A stretch of 64,000 nt of DNA from positions 128,739 through 192,738 of the forward strand of contig PNNB01000001.1 in assembly GCA_013823985.1 (NCBI GenBank), given 5' to 3'. Below the pieces are notes generated by a model. The model made no database searches. It had not been told where the DNA came from and worked only from the letters and a program-made list of their open reading frames with translations. Position numbers and translations under genes: made by a program. The DNA comes from Sphingopyxis sp. (GTDB lineage: Bacteria > Pseudomonadota > Alphaproteobacteria > Sphingomonadales > Sphingomonadaceae). Shown in pieces: positions 8,905 to 18,286 of this stretch. Positions within the stretch are counted from its first letter, which is position 1, and every line of letters begins with the position of its first letter.

Positions 8905-11565
8905 ATGACTCAATATGTGTTTCGATTCGGCGGCGGTGTTTCTGACGGTGACGAAACGGTTCGTGGGAACAAGAACTTGTTGGGTGGCAAGGGCGCCAAC
9001 CTGGATGGTATGGCCTCTATCGGACTGCCGGTCCCGCCCGGCTTCACCATCACGACCGAAATGTGCACCGCCTATTATGCCAATGGGCAGACATTTCCGG
9101 AAAGCGTCCGCGCAGAAGTCGCGGGTGGTATCGCCCATATTGAACAGGTAACCGGCAAGGCCTTTGGCGATCCGGCTAATCCGTTGCTGGTGTCGGTCCG
9201 GTCCGGCGCGCGTGTGTCGATGCCGGGGATGATGGATACGGTGCTCAACCTCGGATTGAACGACGCCACGGTGGAGGGCCTTGCCGCTTCGTCCGGGGAT
9301 GCGCGTTTCGCGTGGGACAGCTATCGCCGTTTCATCCAGATGTATGCCGATGTCGTTCTCGAACTCGACCATGGTGCTTTTGAAGAGGCACTGGAGGTCG
9401 CGAAGGAAGACCAAGGCTATTATCTCGATACCGAGTTATCCGCCGATGATCTTAAGGCGCTGGTCGCCGCTTATAAAAAGCTGGTCGAGGCTGAATGGGG
9501 CAAGCCATTCCCGCAGGACGTGCATGACCAGCTTTGGGGTGCGGTCGGCGCGGTGTTCGGCTCGTGGGAATCGGACCGTGCGAAAGTCTACCGCCGTCTG
9601 AACAATATCCCCGGTGACTGGGGCACAGCCGTCAATGTGCAGGCCATGGTCTTCGGCAATATGGGTGATACCTCGGCGACCGGCGTCGCCTTCACCCGCG
9701 ATCCCGCGACGGGCGAAAATGCCTATTATGGCGAATATCTGATCAATGCGCAGGGCGAGGATGTCGTTGCCGGTATCCGCACGCCGCAATATCTTACCAA
9801 GGCCGCGCGCGAACGGGCAGGAGCCAAGCCGCTGTCGATGGAAGAGGCAATGCCCGGCGTATATGCCGAACTGGCGCGGGTGTTCGAAATCCTCGAAACC
9901 CATTATCGCGACATGCAGGATATCGAGTTCACCGTCGAGCGTGAAAAATTGTGGATGCTGCAAACCCGGTCGGGAAAGCGCACAGCTAAGGCCGCGCTCA
10001 AAATCGCGGTGGACATGGCCGAAGCCGGTTTGATTAGCACGGACGAGGCGGTGCTGCGGGTTGATCCGATGGCGCTCGACCAGTTGCTGCACCCCACACT
10101 CGACCCGAATGCGCCACGTGATGTTTTGACTTCCGGCTTGCCTGCCTCGCCCGGCGCGGCATCGGGCAAGATCGTGTTTGATGCGGACACGGCGGAGCGC
10201 TTCAACGATATGGGCGAGGCTGTCATATTGGTCCGCATCGAAACCAGCCCTGAAGATATTCACGGTATGCATGCTGCCAAGGGCATTTTGACCGCACGCG
10301 GCGGGATGACCAGCCATGCGGCGGTTGTGGCGCGCGGCATGGGGCGCCCATGTGTTTCCGGCGCGGGCAGCCTGCAAATTGACGCGTCAGCACGCGTGCT
10401 GCGCATCGCGGGCCGAACCTTGACCGAAGGTGATATCCTGACACTCGACGGATCGACTGGCGAAGTCATGGCGGGCGAAGTTCCGACCTTGCAGCCGGAA
10501 CTGGTCGGCGATTTCGGCACATTGATGGTTTGGGCCGATGCAGGCCGCCGGATGAAAGTGCGCGCCAATGCGGAAACGCCTTTGGACGCACAGACCGCGC
10601 GCGACTTCGGCGCAGAAGGCATTGGCCTGTGCCGTACCGAACATATGTTCTTCGACGCCAGCCGCATCACAGCCGTGCGCCAGATGATTTTGGCCGAGGA
10701 CGAAAAAGGCCGCCGCGCTGCGCTCGACAAGCTGCTGCCCGAACAGCGCAAGGACTTTACTGCGATTTTCGAGGTGATGGCCGGGCTGCCCGTGACCATC
10801 CGTCTGCTCGATCCGCCGCTGCACGAATTCCTGCCGCATCAGGAAAGCGAATTTGCCGAAGTCGCAGAGGCTGCCGGCGTAGGCATCGAAGTGCTCAAGC
10901 AACGCGCGGCCGAATTGCATGAATTCAATCCGATGCTTGGACATCGCGGCTGCCGTCTGGGCGTTACTTATCCTGAAATCTACGAAATGCAGGCGCGTGC
11001 GATATTCGAGGCAGCCTGCTCGCTGGAGGTTGCTCCGGTCCCTGAGATCATGATTCCGCTCGTCGGCACAAAGCGCGAGCTGGAGCTAATGAAGGATGTC
11101 GTCGACAAGGCCGCGGAAGAGGTTTTTGCCGAGCAAGGCAAGCGCATCGACTATCTGGTCGGCACAATGATCGAACTGCCGCGCGCGGCACTGATGGCCG
11201 ATGAAATTGCCGAAGTCGGCAGCTTCTTCAGCTTTGGCACCAACGACCTGACCCAGACAACATTGGGCGTCAGCCGCGATGACGCGGCACGCTTCCTGAC
11301 ACATTATGTCGACAAGGGCATTTATGCCCGCGATCCGTTTGTCAGCCTGGATGTCGAAGGCGTCGGGCAATTGATCGAAATTGCCGCCACCAAGGGCAAG
11401 GCAACCCGCCCCGACATCAAGCTTGGCATTTGCGGCGAACATGGCGGCGATCCCGCGTCCATCGCCTTCTGCGAAAAGGTAGGGCTCGACTATGTCAGCG
11501 CCTCGCCATACCGCGTGCCCATCGCGCGGCTGGCGGCGGCACAAGCGGCGCTTGCCAAGAAGTAG
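8905..11565 (+). CDS. ppdK: Pyruvate, phosphate dikinase
   Basis: LLGGKGANL, PLLVSVRSGA, GGMTSHAAVVARG (phospho-His), GLCRTEHMF, FSFGTNDLTQ and GICGEHGG. Confidence 0.99.
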   Translation: MTQYVFRFGGGVSDGDETVRGNKNLLGGKGANLDGMASIGLPVPPGFTITTEMCTAYYANGQTFPESVRAEVAGGIAHIEQVTGKAFGDPANPLLVSVRSGARVSMPGMMDTVLNLGLNDATVEGLAASSGDARFAWDSYRRFIQMYADVVLELDHGAFEEALEVAKEDQGYYLDTELSADDLKALVAAYKKLVEAEWGKPFPQDVHDQLWGAVGAVFGSWESDRAKVYRRLNNIPGDWGTAVNVQAMVFGNMGDTSATGVAFTRDPATGENAYYGEYLINAQGEDVVAGIRTPQYLTKAARERAGAKPLSMEEAMPGVYAELARVFEILETHYRDMQDIEFTVEREKLWMLQTRSGKRTAKAALKIAVDMAEAGLISTDEAVLRVDPMALDQLLHPTLDPNAPRDVLTSGLPASPGAASGKIVFDADTAERFNDMGEAVILVRIETSPEDIHGMHAAKGILTARGGMTSHAAVVARGMGRPCVSGAGSLQIDASARVLRIAGRTLTEGDILTLDGSTGEVMAGEVPTLQPELVGDFGTLMVWADAGRRMKVRANAETPLDAQTARDFGAEGIGLCRTEHMFFDASRITAVRQMILAEDEKGRRAALDKLLPEQRKDFTAIFEVMAGLPVTIRLLDPPLHEFLPHQESEFAEVAEAAGVGIEVLKQRAAELHEFNPMLGHRGCRLGVTYPEIYEMQARAIFEAACSLEVAPVPEIMIPLVGTKRELELMKDVVDKAAEEVFAEQGKRIDYLVGTMIELPRAALMADEIAEVGSFFSFGTNDLTQTTLGVSRDDAARFLTHYVDKGIYARDPFVSLDVEGVGQLIEIAATKGKATRPDIKLGICGEHGGDPASIAFCEKVGLDYVSASPYRVPIARLAAAQAALAKK

Positions 11566-11602
11566 GTGACATGCTTAGTCTCCTGTCAAAAGGGGGAGAG
11601 GC

Positions 11603-12178
11603 ATGAAAAGCTGGCATCGTTTTGCCATTTGTATCACGCTCGGCTTGATCGGTGGCGCGGCGTTCGCGGTGCATCAGGTGCGCGGCGGGCTTGCCGACGG
11701 AACAATTTCCAACGGCGCGTGGAGCACGGGCAAAAGCTTCGGCACGGTCGAGGCTTCTGTACGCACACGCGCGCAAGTTGCCCTGTCGGGTTTATTGGCA
11801 TTGCCCGCAAAAGAGGCGATGTATTTTACCGCAAAAAAGGACAGCGACGGTCAGCCGCTTGATGGCCGCTGCACCTATCTCGTCAGCGGCGGCGAACTTG
11901 CTGGCCGCTGGTGGAGTGTAACCCTGTATGAAGGTGAAGGCTGGCTGGTAAAGAACAGCGCCAACCGTTGGTCGATCCCGGCGCATGCCGCGACCAAAGG
12001 CGAAGGGGGCGTCTGGACATTTACAGTGTCGCCGGAAAGTCAGGCGGGTGCATGGCTGCCGACCGGCGGTGTCAAAGCCTTTGATTTGACGTTGCGCCTC
12101 TACCATCCCTCGGCCGCCGTCATAAACAATCCGGCGAAGGCATCGCTACCGGCGATCAAAAGATTGGGGTGCACGTGA
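11603..12178 (+). CDS. DUF1214-domain protein with N-terminal anchor
   Basis: EAMYF.A..DSDGQPLDG..TY, RWWSVTLY, NRWSI, WLPT and F.LTLRLY.P match the DUF1214 pattern. Confidence 0.8.
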   Translation: MKSWHRFAICITLGLIGGAAFAVHQVRGGLADGTISNGAWSTGKSFGTVEASVRTRAQVALSGLLALPAKEAMYFTAKKDSDGQPLDGRCTYLVSGGELAGRWWSVTLYEGEGWLVKNSANRWSIPAHAATKGEGGVWTFTVSPESQAGAWLPTGGVKAFDLTLRLYHPSAAVINNPAKASLPAIKRLGCT

Positions 12179-12696
12179 TGCGGCGGTGGTTAGTTCCTAT
12201 ATTGGCCGGTCTGGTCCTTTCGGCTGGCGCCTATCAGGCGACTTTGCTCGCCACTCCCTATGTCCTGATGAACGCGGCGATGAAAAAGATCGGTGCGCGA
12301 GGGCCTGAAAACCGATTCGCGTTCGGGCAAATGGCAACCGCCGACAATCAGCCAATTGTGCGGCCCAGTCCCGACCTGTCCTACTCCACTTGCGTGTTCA
12401 ACCTTGCGAAGGGACCCGTGCTGATCGACGTCGAACCCGTGCCCGACCATTATTGGTCGGTCAGCATCTTTGATGCCCGCACGGATGTCGCGGCGGTCCG
12501 CAGCGATCGGGATACCGGTGGAAAGCCGGCGCGGCTTGCTCTGGTTAAGGCGGGTCAAAAGGCGCCTGAAGGTTATGAAGCGGTCCGGTTGGAGCATGAT
12601 CGGGGTATAGCGCTGATCCGGATATTGCTTGCCGATGCAGAGGAATTCCCGGCCATTGACGCGATACGCAGGAAATCGACGTGCAGGGCGCTTTGA
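12178..12696 (+). CDS. DUF1254-domain protein with N-terminal anchor
   Basis: IVRPSPDLSYSTCVFNL..GPVLI and YWSVSIFDARTD match the DUF1254 pattern. Start overlaps the upstream stop (TGATG). Confidence 0.78.
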   Translation: MRRWLVPILAGLVLSAGAYQATLLATPYVLMNAAMKKIGARGPENRFAFGQMATADNQPIVRPSPDLSYSTCVFNLAKGPVLIDVEPVPDHYWSVSIFDARTDVAAVRSDRDTGGKPARLALVKAGQKAPEGYEAVRLEHDRGIALIRILLADAEEFPAIDAIRRKSTCRAL

Positions 12697-12750
12697 CACG
12701 AAATTAGGTGTTGCACATAGGCAGCGACCTCCCTAATAGCGGCGCTCCAC

Positions 12751-12827
12751 GCACCCGTAGCTCAGCTGGATAGAGCATCAGACTACGAATCTGAGGGTCG
12801 GGCGTTCGAATCGCTCCGGGTGCACCA
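12751..12827 (+). tRNA. tRNA-Arg, anticodon ACG
   Basis: GCACCCG acceptor stem pairs with CGGGTGC, followed by ACCA. D-loop AGCTGGATAG, anticodon arm TCAGA-CTACGAA-TCTGA, T-loop GTTCGAATC. 77 nt with encoded CCA. Confidence 0.98.
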
Positions 12828-12859
12828 TTTTCCTCTCTGTACTGAGAGATGCTTTCACA

Positions 12860-13543
12860 ATGACCGAGACCAGCAAATCCGCCATCGTCCTTTTGTCCGG
12901 TGGCCTCGACTCTATGGTTGTCGCAGGCCTGGCGCGCGAGGCGGGTTACGCATTGGTTGCGTTGACGATCGATTATAACCAGCGGCACCGTGTCGAGCTG
13001 GAATCGGCCACGCGGATCGCGGCGCATCTGGGTGCGATCGAGCATATCATCCTGCCACTGGATTTGACGCGTTTTGGCGGCTCCGCCTTAACCGCCGATA
13101 TCGACGTGCCCAAGGACGGAGTGGAGGAAAATGCCATTCCGGTCACCTATGTGCCGGCACGCAACACGATTTTCCTCTCTTTGTGTCTCGGGCTTGCCGA
13201 AGCGCGCGGCGCGCGGGATTTGTGGATTGGCGTCAATGCCCTGGATTATTCGGGTTATCCCGACTGCCGTCCGGAGTTTATCCGTTCGTTTGAGGCGATG
13301 GCCAATCTGGCAACCAAGGCAGGGGTCGAGGGAGACGCATTTACGGTGCACACGCCTTTGCTGCATATGAGCAAGGCGGATATCGCGACACAGGCCGCCC
13401 GTTTGGGCCTGGACGCGGGTATGAGCTGGTCCTGCTATGATCCGACGCCCGATAACAGGGCATGCGGAAAGTGCGATAGTTGCCGCCTGCGCGCCAAGGG
13501 CTTCGCGGATGCGGGGCTGGTCGATCCGACCGTGTACGCATGA
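12860..13543 (+). CDS. queC: 7-cyano-7-deazaguanine synthase
   Basis: LLSGGLDS PP-loop, YNQRH, TYVPARN, DYSGYPDCR and SCY...CGKCDSC Zn site. Confidence 0.97.
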   Translation: MTETSKSAIVLLSGGLDSMVVAGLAREAGYALVALTIDYNQRHRVELESATRIAAHLGAIEHIILPLDLTRFGGSALTADIDVPKDGVEENAIPVTYVPARNTIFLSLCLGLAEARGARDLWIGVNALDYSGYPDCRPEFIRSFEAMANLATKAGVEGDAFTVHTPLLHMSKADIATQAARLGLDAGMSWSCYDPTPDNRACGKCDSCRLRAKGFADAGLVDPTVYA

Positions 13544-14178
13544 GCTACGCCGTTAAAGAGATTTTCCTGACATTGCAGGGCGAAGGCGTGCACGCCGGAC
13601 GCCGCGCGGTGTTCTTACGCTTTGCGGGATGCAATTTGTGGACCGGCCGGGAAGAAGATCGGGCCAGCGCGATCTGCCAGTTTTGCGATACGGACTTCGT
13701 CGGCATGGATGGCGAAAATGGCGGGCGCTATTCGGCGGACGAATTGGCGGCCAAGGTCGCCATGCTGTGGGGCGAGGGGCAGTCGGATCGCTATGTCGTG
13801 CTCACAGGTGGGGAGCCGATGCTGCAAGTTGACGATGCGCTGGTCGATGGGCTGCATGCGCACGGGTTTACTATCGCCATTGAAAGCAACGGCACGATTG
13901 AAACCCATCCGCAGATTGATTGGGTCTGTATCAGCCCGAAAGCGGGGTCCGAAGTTGTCCAGCGCCGAGGTGACGAACTGAAACTGGTCTGGCCCCAAAG
14001 CGGCAGCGCTGTCGATGCCATGGCGAGCTGGAACTTCACCAATTTCCTGATCCAGCCCATGGACAGCGGCAGCATTTCTGCGAATCAGGGCAATGTCGAG
14101 GCGGCAACAGCCTTTGTGATGGCGCATCCCAAATGGCGTTTGTCTTTGCAAAACCACAAGATTTTGGGCCTGCCTTAA
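13540..14178 (+). CDS. queE: 7-carboxy-7-deazaguanine synthase (radical SAM)
   Basis: EIFLTLQGEG, FLRFAGCNL...CQFCDT, LTGGEP and SLQNHK. ATGA overlap with queC; true start is 13540. Confidence 0.95.
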   Translation: MSYAVKEIFLTLQGEGVHAGRRAVFLRFAGCNLWTGREEDRASAICQFCDTDFVGMDGENGGRYSADELAAKVAMLWGEGQSDRYVVLTGGEPMLQVDDALVDGLHAHGFTIAIESNGTIETHPQIDWVCISPKAGSEVVQRRGDELKLVWPQSGSAVDAMASWNFTNFLIQPMDSGSISANQGNVEAATAFVMAHPKWRLSLQNHKILGLP

Positions 14179-14253
14179 AAGTTGGTAAATAAGCTTGAAT
14201 TGCGGTCTGTAAGGTGACAGTCTCCTCCCCGGAGAGAACAGGGGAGAGCTGCC

Positions 14254-14613
14254 ATGGCAAGAGCCGAGCACGCAACTTTACGTATTCAAAAAAGCTATTC
14301 GAAGCGCATGTCCGACCACGTCGCTTTTGCTTTGGTTGTTTATACTTTGGCGCTGATATTTCTGGTGACGCCGCGTATGGAAAGCGACGGCACCTCGATT
14401 TTCCCGTATTTCCTGCTGGTCCTTTTGGTGGCCGCGGTCATTGCCCCGTGCCGTAATCTGGAACGCCGTTGGCAGGCGCTGCAAGCCACCGACAATGGTG
14501 ATGGCAGCCTTAACCGCCGTTTCAATGCCGATCGGGCCAAATTGTGGATTGCCGCCATTGCGTTGCCTGCGGTGTTTGCACTGCTTTGCCACACAATTGC
14601 GACCCTCGCCTGA
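14254..14613 (+). CDS. Hypothetical membrane protein (about 3 TM)
   Basis: GGAGAG SD before ATG, three hydrophobic segments, fills the intergenic space. Confidence 0.65.
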   Translation: MARAEHATLRIQKSYSKRMSDHVAFALVVYTLALIFLVTPRMESDGTSIFPYFLLVLLVAAVIAPCRNLERRWQALQATDNGDGSLNRRFNADRAKLWIAAIALPAVFALLCHTIATLA

Positions 14614-14648
14614 TTGACGCTCTTGCGCCCCGCGCCTAAGCGGGGACT

Positions 14649-15995
14649 ATGCTAAAGCCACATGAAGCGCTCGACCGCGCAGAGAATCTTGTTTCCCAAG
14701 CTATTAAAGCAGGCGCCGATGCTGCCGATGCCGTCTATGTCTGTGACGCGTCGACCGAAGTGCAGGTGCGTCTTGGCGCGCTCGAGGATGTCGCCCGTTC
14801 CGAAGGCGAAGAAATCGGGCTTCGGGTATTTGTCGGACAGCGTTCGGCCACCATTTCGTCGTCCAGTTTGAACCCCGCCATATTGGCCAATCTCGTGACC
14901 CGCGCCATCGACATGGCGAAGGAAGCGCCTGAAGACCAATATGCAGGGCTTGCCCCGCAGGATCGATTGCTCAAGGGCGATGTTCCGGACCTTGACGTCG
15001 ACGACGGGCAAGACCCCGATCCTGCGCTGCTCCGTGCGGCTGCTCTGGAATGCGAAGATGCGGCGCGTGCTGTTGCCGGGGTTACCAACAGCGAAGGTGC
15101 GGGCGCCAGCGCCGCACGCTCCATCTTTGCCTTGGCGACCAGCCATGGATTTGCGGGCGTCAAATCCTCGACCGGCTATGGTCTCTCCGCCAGCGTTCTG
15201 GCGGGCGAGGGCGATGCCAAGGAACGTGATTACGACTGGCGCTCGGCACGGTATCTGTCCGATCTCGACAGTGCCGTCGCCATCGGGACACGGGCGGGTG
15301 AACGTGCTGTAAAGCGGGTGAATCCGGGGTCGATTAAAAGCGGTGCCATGCCCGTTGTGTTCGATCCACGGGTCGGCAGTTCGCTGGTTGGCCATTTACT
15401 CGGCGCGATTTCCGGCTCGTCGATTGCGCGCAAGACAAGCTTCCTGCTCGACGCAAATGGCACGGCCCTGTTCGACAGCAGCATCTCGGTCATCGACGAT
15501 CCCTTGCGCCCTCGCGGCTTGTCCAGTCGTGGCTTTGACGGTGAGGGCTTGCCCACGGCACGGCGTGCTATCATCGAAAAAGGTGTGCTCACCGGATGGC
15601 TGATGGAAAGCGCCTCGGCGCGGCAATTGGGGCTGCAGCCCACCGGCCATGCCAGCCGCGGCGTAAGCGGCGCGCCCGGGGTCAGCACATCCAACCTGCA
15701 TTTGGAAGGCGGCTCTGTTAGCGTGTCGGACCTGATCCGTGATATCAAATATGGCGTTTATGTGCATGAACTGGTCGGACAAGGCGTCAATCTCGTCACC
15801 GGCGATTACAGCCGGGGTGCCGCCGGATTCCTGATTGTCGACGGCGAAATCGCAGGACCTGTCAGCGAATTCACCATTGCCGGGAATTTGAAAGACATGT
15901 TCGCCGCGATGGTCGCCGCCGATGATCTGCAATTCATCCGCAGCAGCAACGTACCGACGCTGCGTATTGACGGAATGATGATTGCGAGTGCCTGA
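14649..15995 (+). CDS. pmbA: TldD/PmbA family protein (PmbA/TldE-like)
   Basis: IGLRVFVG, DDP..PRGLSSRGFDGEG, TGHASRG, GVNLVTGDYSRG and TIAGNL. Lacks the TldD HExxGH motif. Confidence 0.88.
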   Translation: MLKPHEALDRAENLVSQAIKAGADAADAVYVCDASTEVQVRLGALEDVARSEGEEIGLRVFVGQRSATISSSSLNPAILANLVTRAIDMAKEAPEDQYAGLAPQDRLLKGDVPDLDVDDGQDPDPALLRAAALECEDAARAVAGVTNSEGAGASAARSIFALATSHGFAGVKSSTGYGLSASVLAGEGDAKERDYDWRSARYLSDLDSAVAIGTRAGERAVKRVNPGSIKSGAMPVVFDPRVGSSLVGHLLGAISGSSIARKTSFLLDANGTALFDSSISVIDDPLRPRGLSSRGFDGEGLPTARRAIIEKGVLTGWLMESASARQLGLQPTGHASRGVSGAPGVSTSNLHLEGGSVSVSDLIRDIKYGVYVHELVGQGVNLVTGDYSRGAAGFLIVDGEIAGPVSEFTIAGNLKDMFAAMVAADDLQFIRSSNVPTLRIDGMMIASA

Positions 15996-16782
15996 TCAAC
16001 TGGTCGACCGTGCGGCGGTGATTGCCGCTGTGGAGGAGGCCGGTGCGTTGGCGATGACCAGTTGGCGCGAGGGTGCCGCGCCCGATACGCGGGTCTGGGC
16101 AAAGAGCAACGATAGTCCGGTCAGCGATATCGATATGGAAGTTGACGCCCTTTTGAAGGAACGCCTTAGCCGCATCCTGCCCGAAGCTGCGTGGCTGTCG
16201 GAAGAAACCGCCGACGATGCCGCGCGGCTTGACGCGCGTCTTTTGTGGCTGGTCGATCCGATTGATGGCACGCGCGACTATGTGCGGGGTCGCAACGGGT
16301 GGTGCGTGTCCGTTGCGCTCGTAGAAGATGGGCAGCCTACCTTCGCGATCATGGCCGCGCCTGCGCAACAGAAATTGTGGGTCGCCGCCAATGGGGAGGG
16401 CGTGACCTGTAATGGCGACCGTCTTTTCGGCAGCCAACGGCAGGATTTCGCCGGCGCGCGTGTGCCTGCCGACGAATTGCCGAAAATCGATCATGATCTG
16501 GTGACGGTGACGAAGCCCAACAGCATTGCCATGCGGATGACGATGGTCGCGTGTGACCGGGCCGATCTTGTCGCGACATTGCGCTGGGGGCATGAATGGG
16601 ACGTCGCAGCGGCGCATCTGGTGGCGCAGGAAGCGGGGGCAATTGTCACAGATGCTCTGGGGCTTCCGCTATCCTATAATAAACCGGACCCGAGGGATTT
16701 CGGCCTTATCTGCTGCGCACCCGCCATCCACGCAGCCGCCGTTCAGCGGCTGGAAGATCGGGCGCGGAAATTTTTGGCCTAG
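15982..16782 (+). CDS. Inositol monophosphatase / CysQ-like phosphatase
   Basis: WLSEE, WLVDPIDGT and HEWDVAA are the FIG/IMPase motifs. Confidence 0.88.
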   Translation: MRVPDQLVDRAAVIAAVEEAGALAMTSWREGAAPDTRVWAKSNDSPVSDIDMEVDALLKERLSRILPEAAWLSEETADDAARLDARLLWLVDPIDGTRDYVRGRNGWCVSVALVEDGQPTFAIMAAPAQQKLWVAANGEGVTCNGDRLFGSQRQDFAGARVPADELPKIDHDLVTVTKPNSIAMRMTMVACDRADLVATLRWGHEWDVAAAHLVAQEAGAIVTDALGLPLSYNKPDPRDFGLICCAPAIHAAAVQRLEDRARKFLA

Positions 16783-17708
16783 CTTCGCGGCCGGGTCCAT
16801 AGCCCGTCGCGGTCCATCGGACGGGGGTTGTTGGCCACAGCATCGGCAAAAGCTGTTTTGACCCAGCGGAATTTCTCCGGACGGCTGGTATATATCCTCT
16901 GGTCCCAGGCATGCTCACCCGCGCTGCGCACCTGCCTTGCGATGTCACCGTAAATCCCGGCTGCAGATAGCACTGCCCAGCGCGCACGAAAGGGAAGTTC
17001 GACGGCGCCTATACGCGCGGACGCCTCATATTGCTCCGCCTCATCGGCAAGCCAGCGACCGATGAGTGCCAGTTTCTTGCGATTATGCGGACGCATATGT
17101 TCGCCGGGACCAATATCCAAAGTCGCCAGCCAGTCATCCGGCAGGTAGCAGCGACCCGCAGCGTCGTCCTCGGCAATATCCCGGGCGATGTTGGCTAGTT
17201 GAAAGGCAAGCCCGAGATCACAGGCGCGGTCGAGCGTTTCGTCTTCATCCGGAGACACGCCCATGACCACCGCGATCATAACGCCCACTGCACCTGCGAC
17301 ATGGTAGCAATAGCGGTAGAGGTCATTTTCCCGGCGGGGGTGCCAATCCGCCGCATCCAGCGCAAAGCCTTCGATGACATCTTCGGCCATCTTTGTGGTC
17401 AGACCGCATTCCCGTGCGACAATGCCAAGGCAATCAAAGGCGGGTTCGCCCGTGGCCTGTCCGGCCAGCGCCTTCGCGGTCAAATCACGAATGATCGCAA
17501 GCCGTTCCAAAGGATCATCGACCACCGCCATGGCCCCGCCATGGTCCTGCCCATCCGCCATGTCATCGCATTTGCGGCACCAGGCATATAGCAACCAGAC
17601 CCGTTCGCGCGTCGTCCGGTCAAACAGGCGGCTGGCAAAACGGAAGGACTTGGAGCCGCGCGCAATGCTTTCCCGCGCGAAAGCGACGAGCGCGGCGCGG
17701 TCTCTCAC
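16779..17708 (-). CDS. crtB: Phytoene synthase
   Basis: GSKSF, LYAWCRKCDDMAD (DDxxD), YCYHVAGAVG and GLAFQLANIARDI.ED..GRCYLP. GTG start overlaps the LOG stop. Confidence 0.95.
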   Translation of the reverse strand: MRDRAALVAFARESIARGSKSFRFASRLFDRTTRERVWLLYAWCRKCDDMADGQDHGGAMAVVDDPLERLAIIRDLTAKALAGQATGEPAFDCLGIVARECGLTTKMAEDVIEGFALDAADWHPRRENDLYRYCYHVAGAVGVMIAVVMGVSPDEDETLDRACDLGLAFQLANIARDIAEDDAAGRCYLPDDWLATLDIGPGEHMRPHNRKKLALIGRWLADEAEQYEASARIGAVELPFRARWAVLSAAGIYGDIARQVRSAGEHAWDQRIYTSRPEKFRWVKTAFADAVANNPRPMDRDGLWTRPRS

Positions 17709-18286
17709 AAATCGTCCGCTTTCATCTGGAAGATCGTTTTGTGCGGGACATAGGCCGTCATCTTGCCGAGCAGGCCGTCCAATGTGGTGTCGACAAGCAT
17801 GATCCCGGCATGTTGTGGGCGAATGAAACCGACGTCGATCATATTCTGGTTGAAGGCGATCAGCTGGTCATAGAAACCAGAGGCATTCAGAACGCCTACG
17901 GGCTTTTGATGATAGCCCAGTTGCGACCAGCTGATCGCCTCCCACAATTCGTCCATCGTCCCGACACCGCCGGGGATCGTGATGAACCCGTCCGACAAAT
18001 CGGTGAAGCGCGCTTTACGCTCATGCATACCGGATACGACATGCAATTCGGTGCAGCCCTTATGCGCAACTTCGGCGCCGACCAAAGCTTCCGGAATAAT
18101 GCCGATCACTTCGCCACCGGCTTCCAGCGCCGAATCGGCCACCGCGCCCATCAACCCCAGCCGGCCGCCGCCATATACGACCCCAATGCCACGTTCGGCG
18201 AGAGTGCGTCCGACGGTACGGGCCGTCTCGATATAGATGGGGTCTTCTGGTGTTGCCGAACCGCAATAAACCGCAAGTCGCTTCAC
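17705..18286 (-). CDS. LOG family nucleotide phosphoribohydrolase (TIGR00730-like)
   Basis: AVYCGS, VYGGG..GLMG, MHERK and the LOG signature PGGVGTMDE. Confidence 0.92.
   Translation of the reverse strand: MKRLAVYCGSATPEDPIYIETARTVGRTLAERGIGVVYGGGRLGLMGAVADSALEAGGEVIGIIPEALVGAEVAHKGCTELHVVSGMHERKARFTDLSDGFITIPGGVGTMDELWEAISWSQLGYHQKPVGVLNASGFYDQLIAFNQNMIDVGFIRPQHAGIMLVDTTLDGLLGKMTAYVPHKTIFQMKADDL

Noticed and set aside
12751-12860. tRNA-Arg as a possible island integration site
   Set aside because: No integrase follows, housekeeping queC starts 32 bp later, and I saw no duplicated tRNA 3' end in the window.
12704-13045. 113-aa minus-strand ORF containing GAPGAIRTPDPQIRSLMLYPAELR
   Set aside because: It is the reverse-strand translation of tRNA-Arg and the start of queC.
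12860-14178. queC/queE as a phage-defence or DNA-modification locus (Qat/Dpd-like)
   Set aside because: Canonical lengths and motifs, with no dpdA-, TatD- or ATPase-type partners adjacent.
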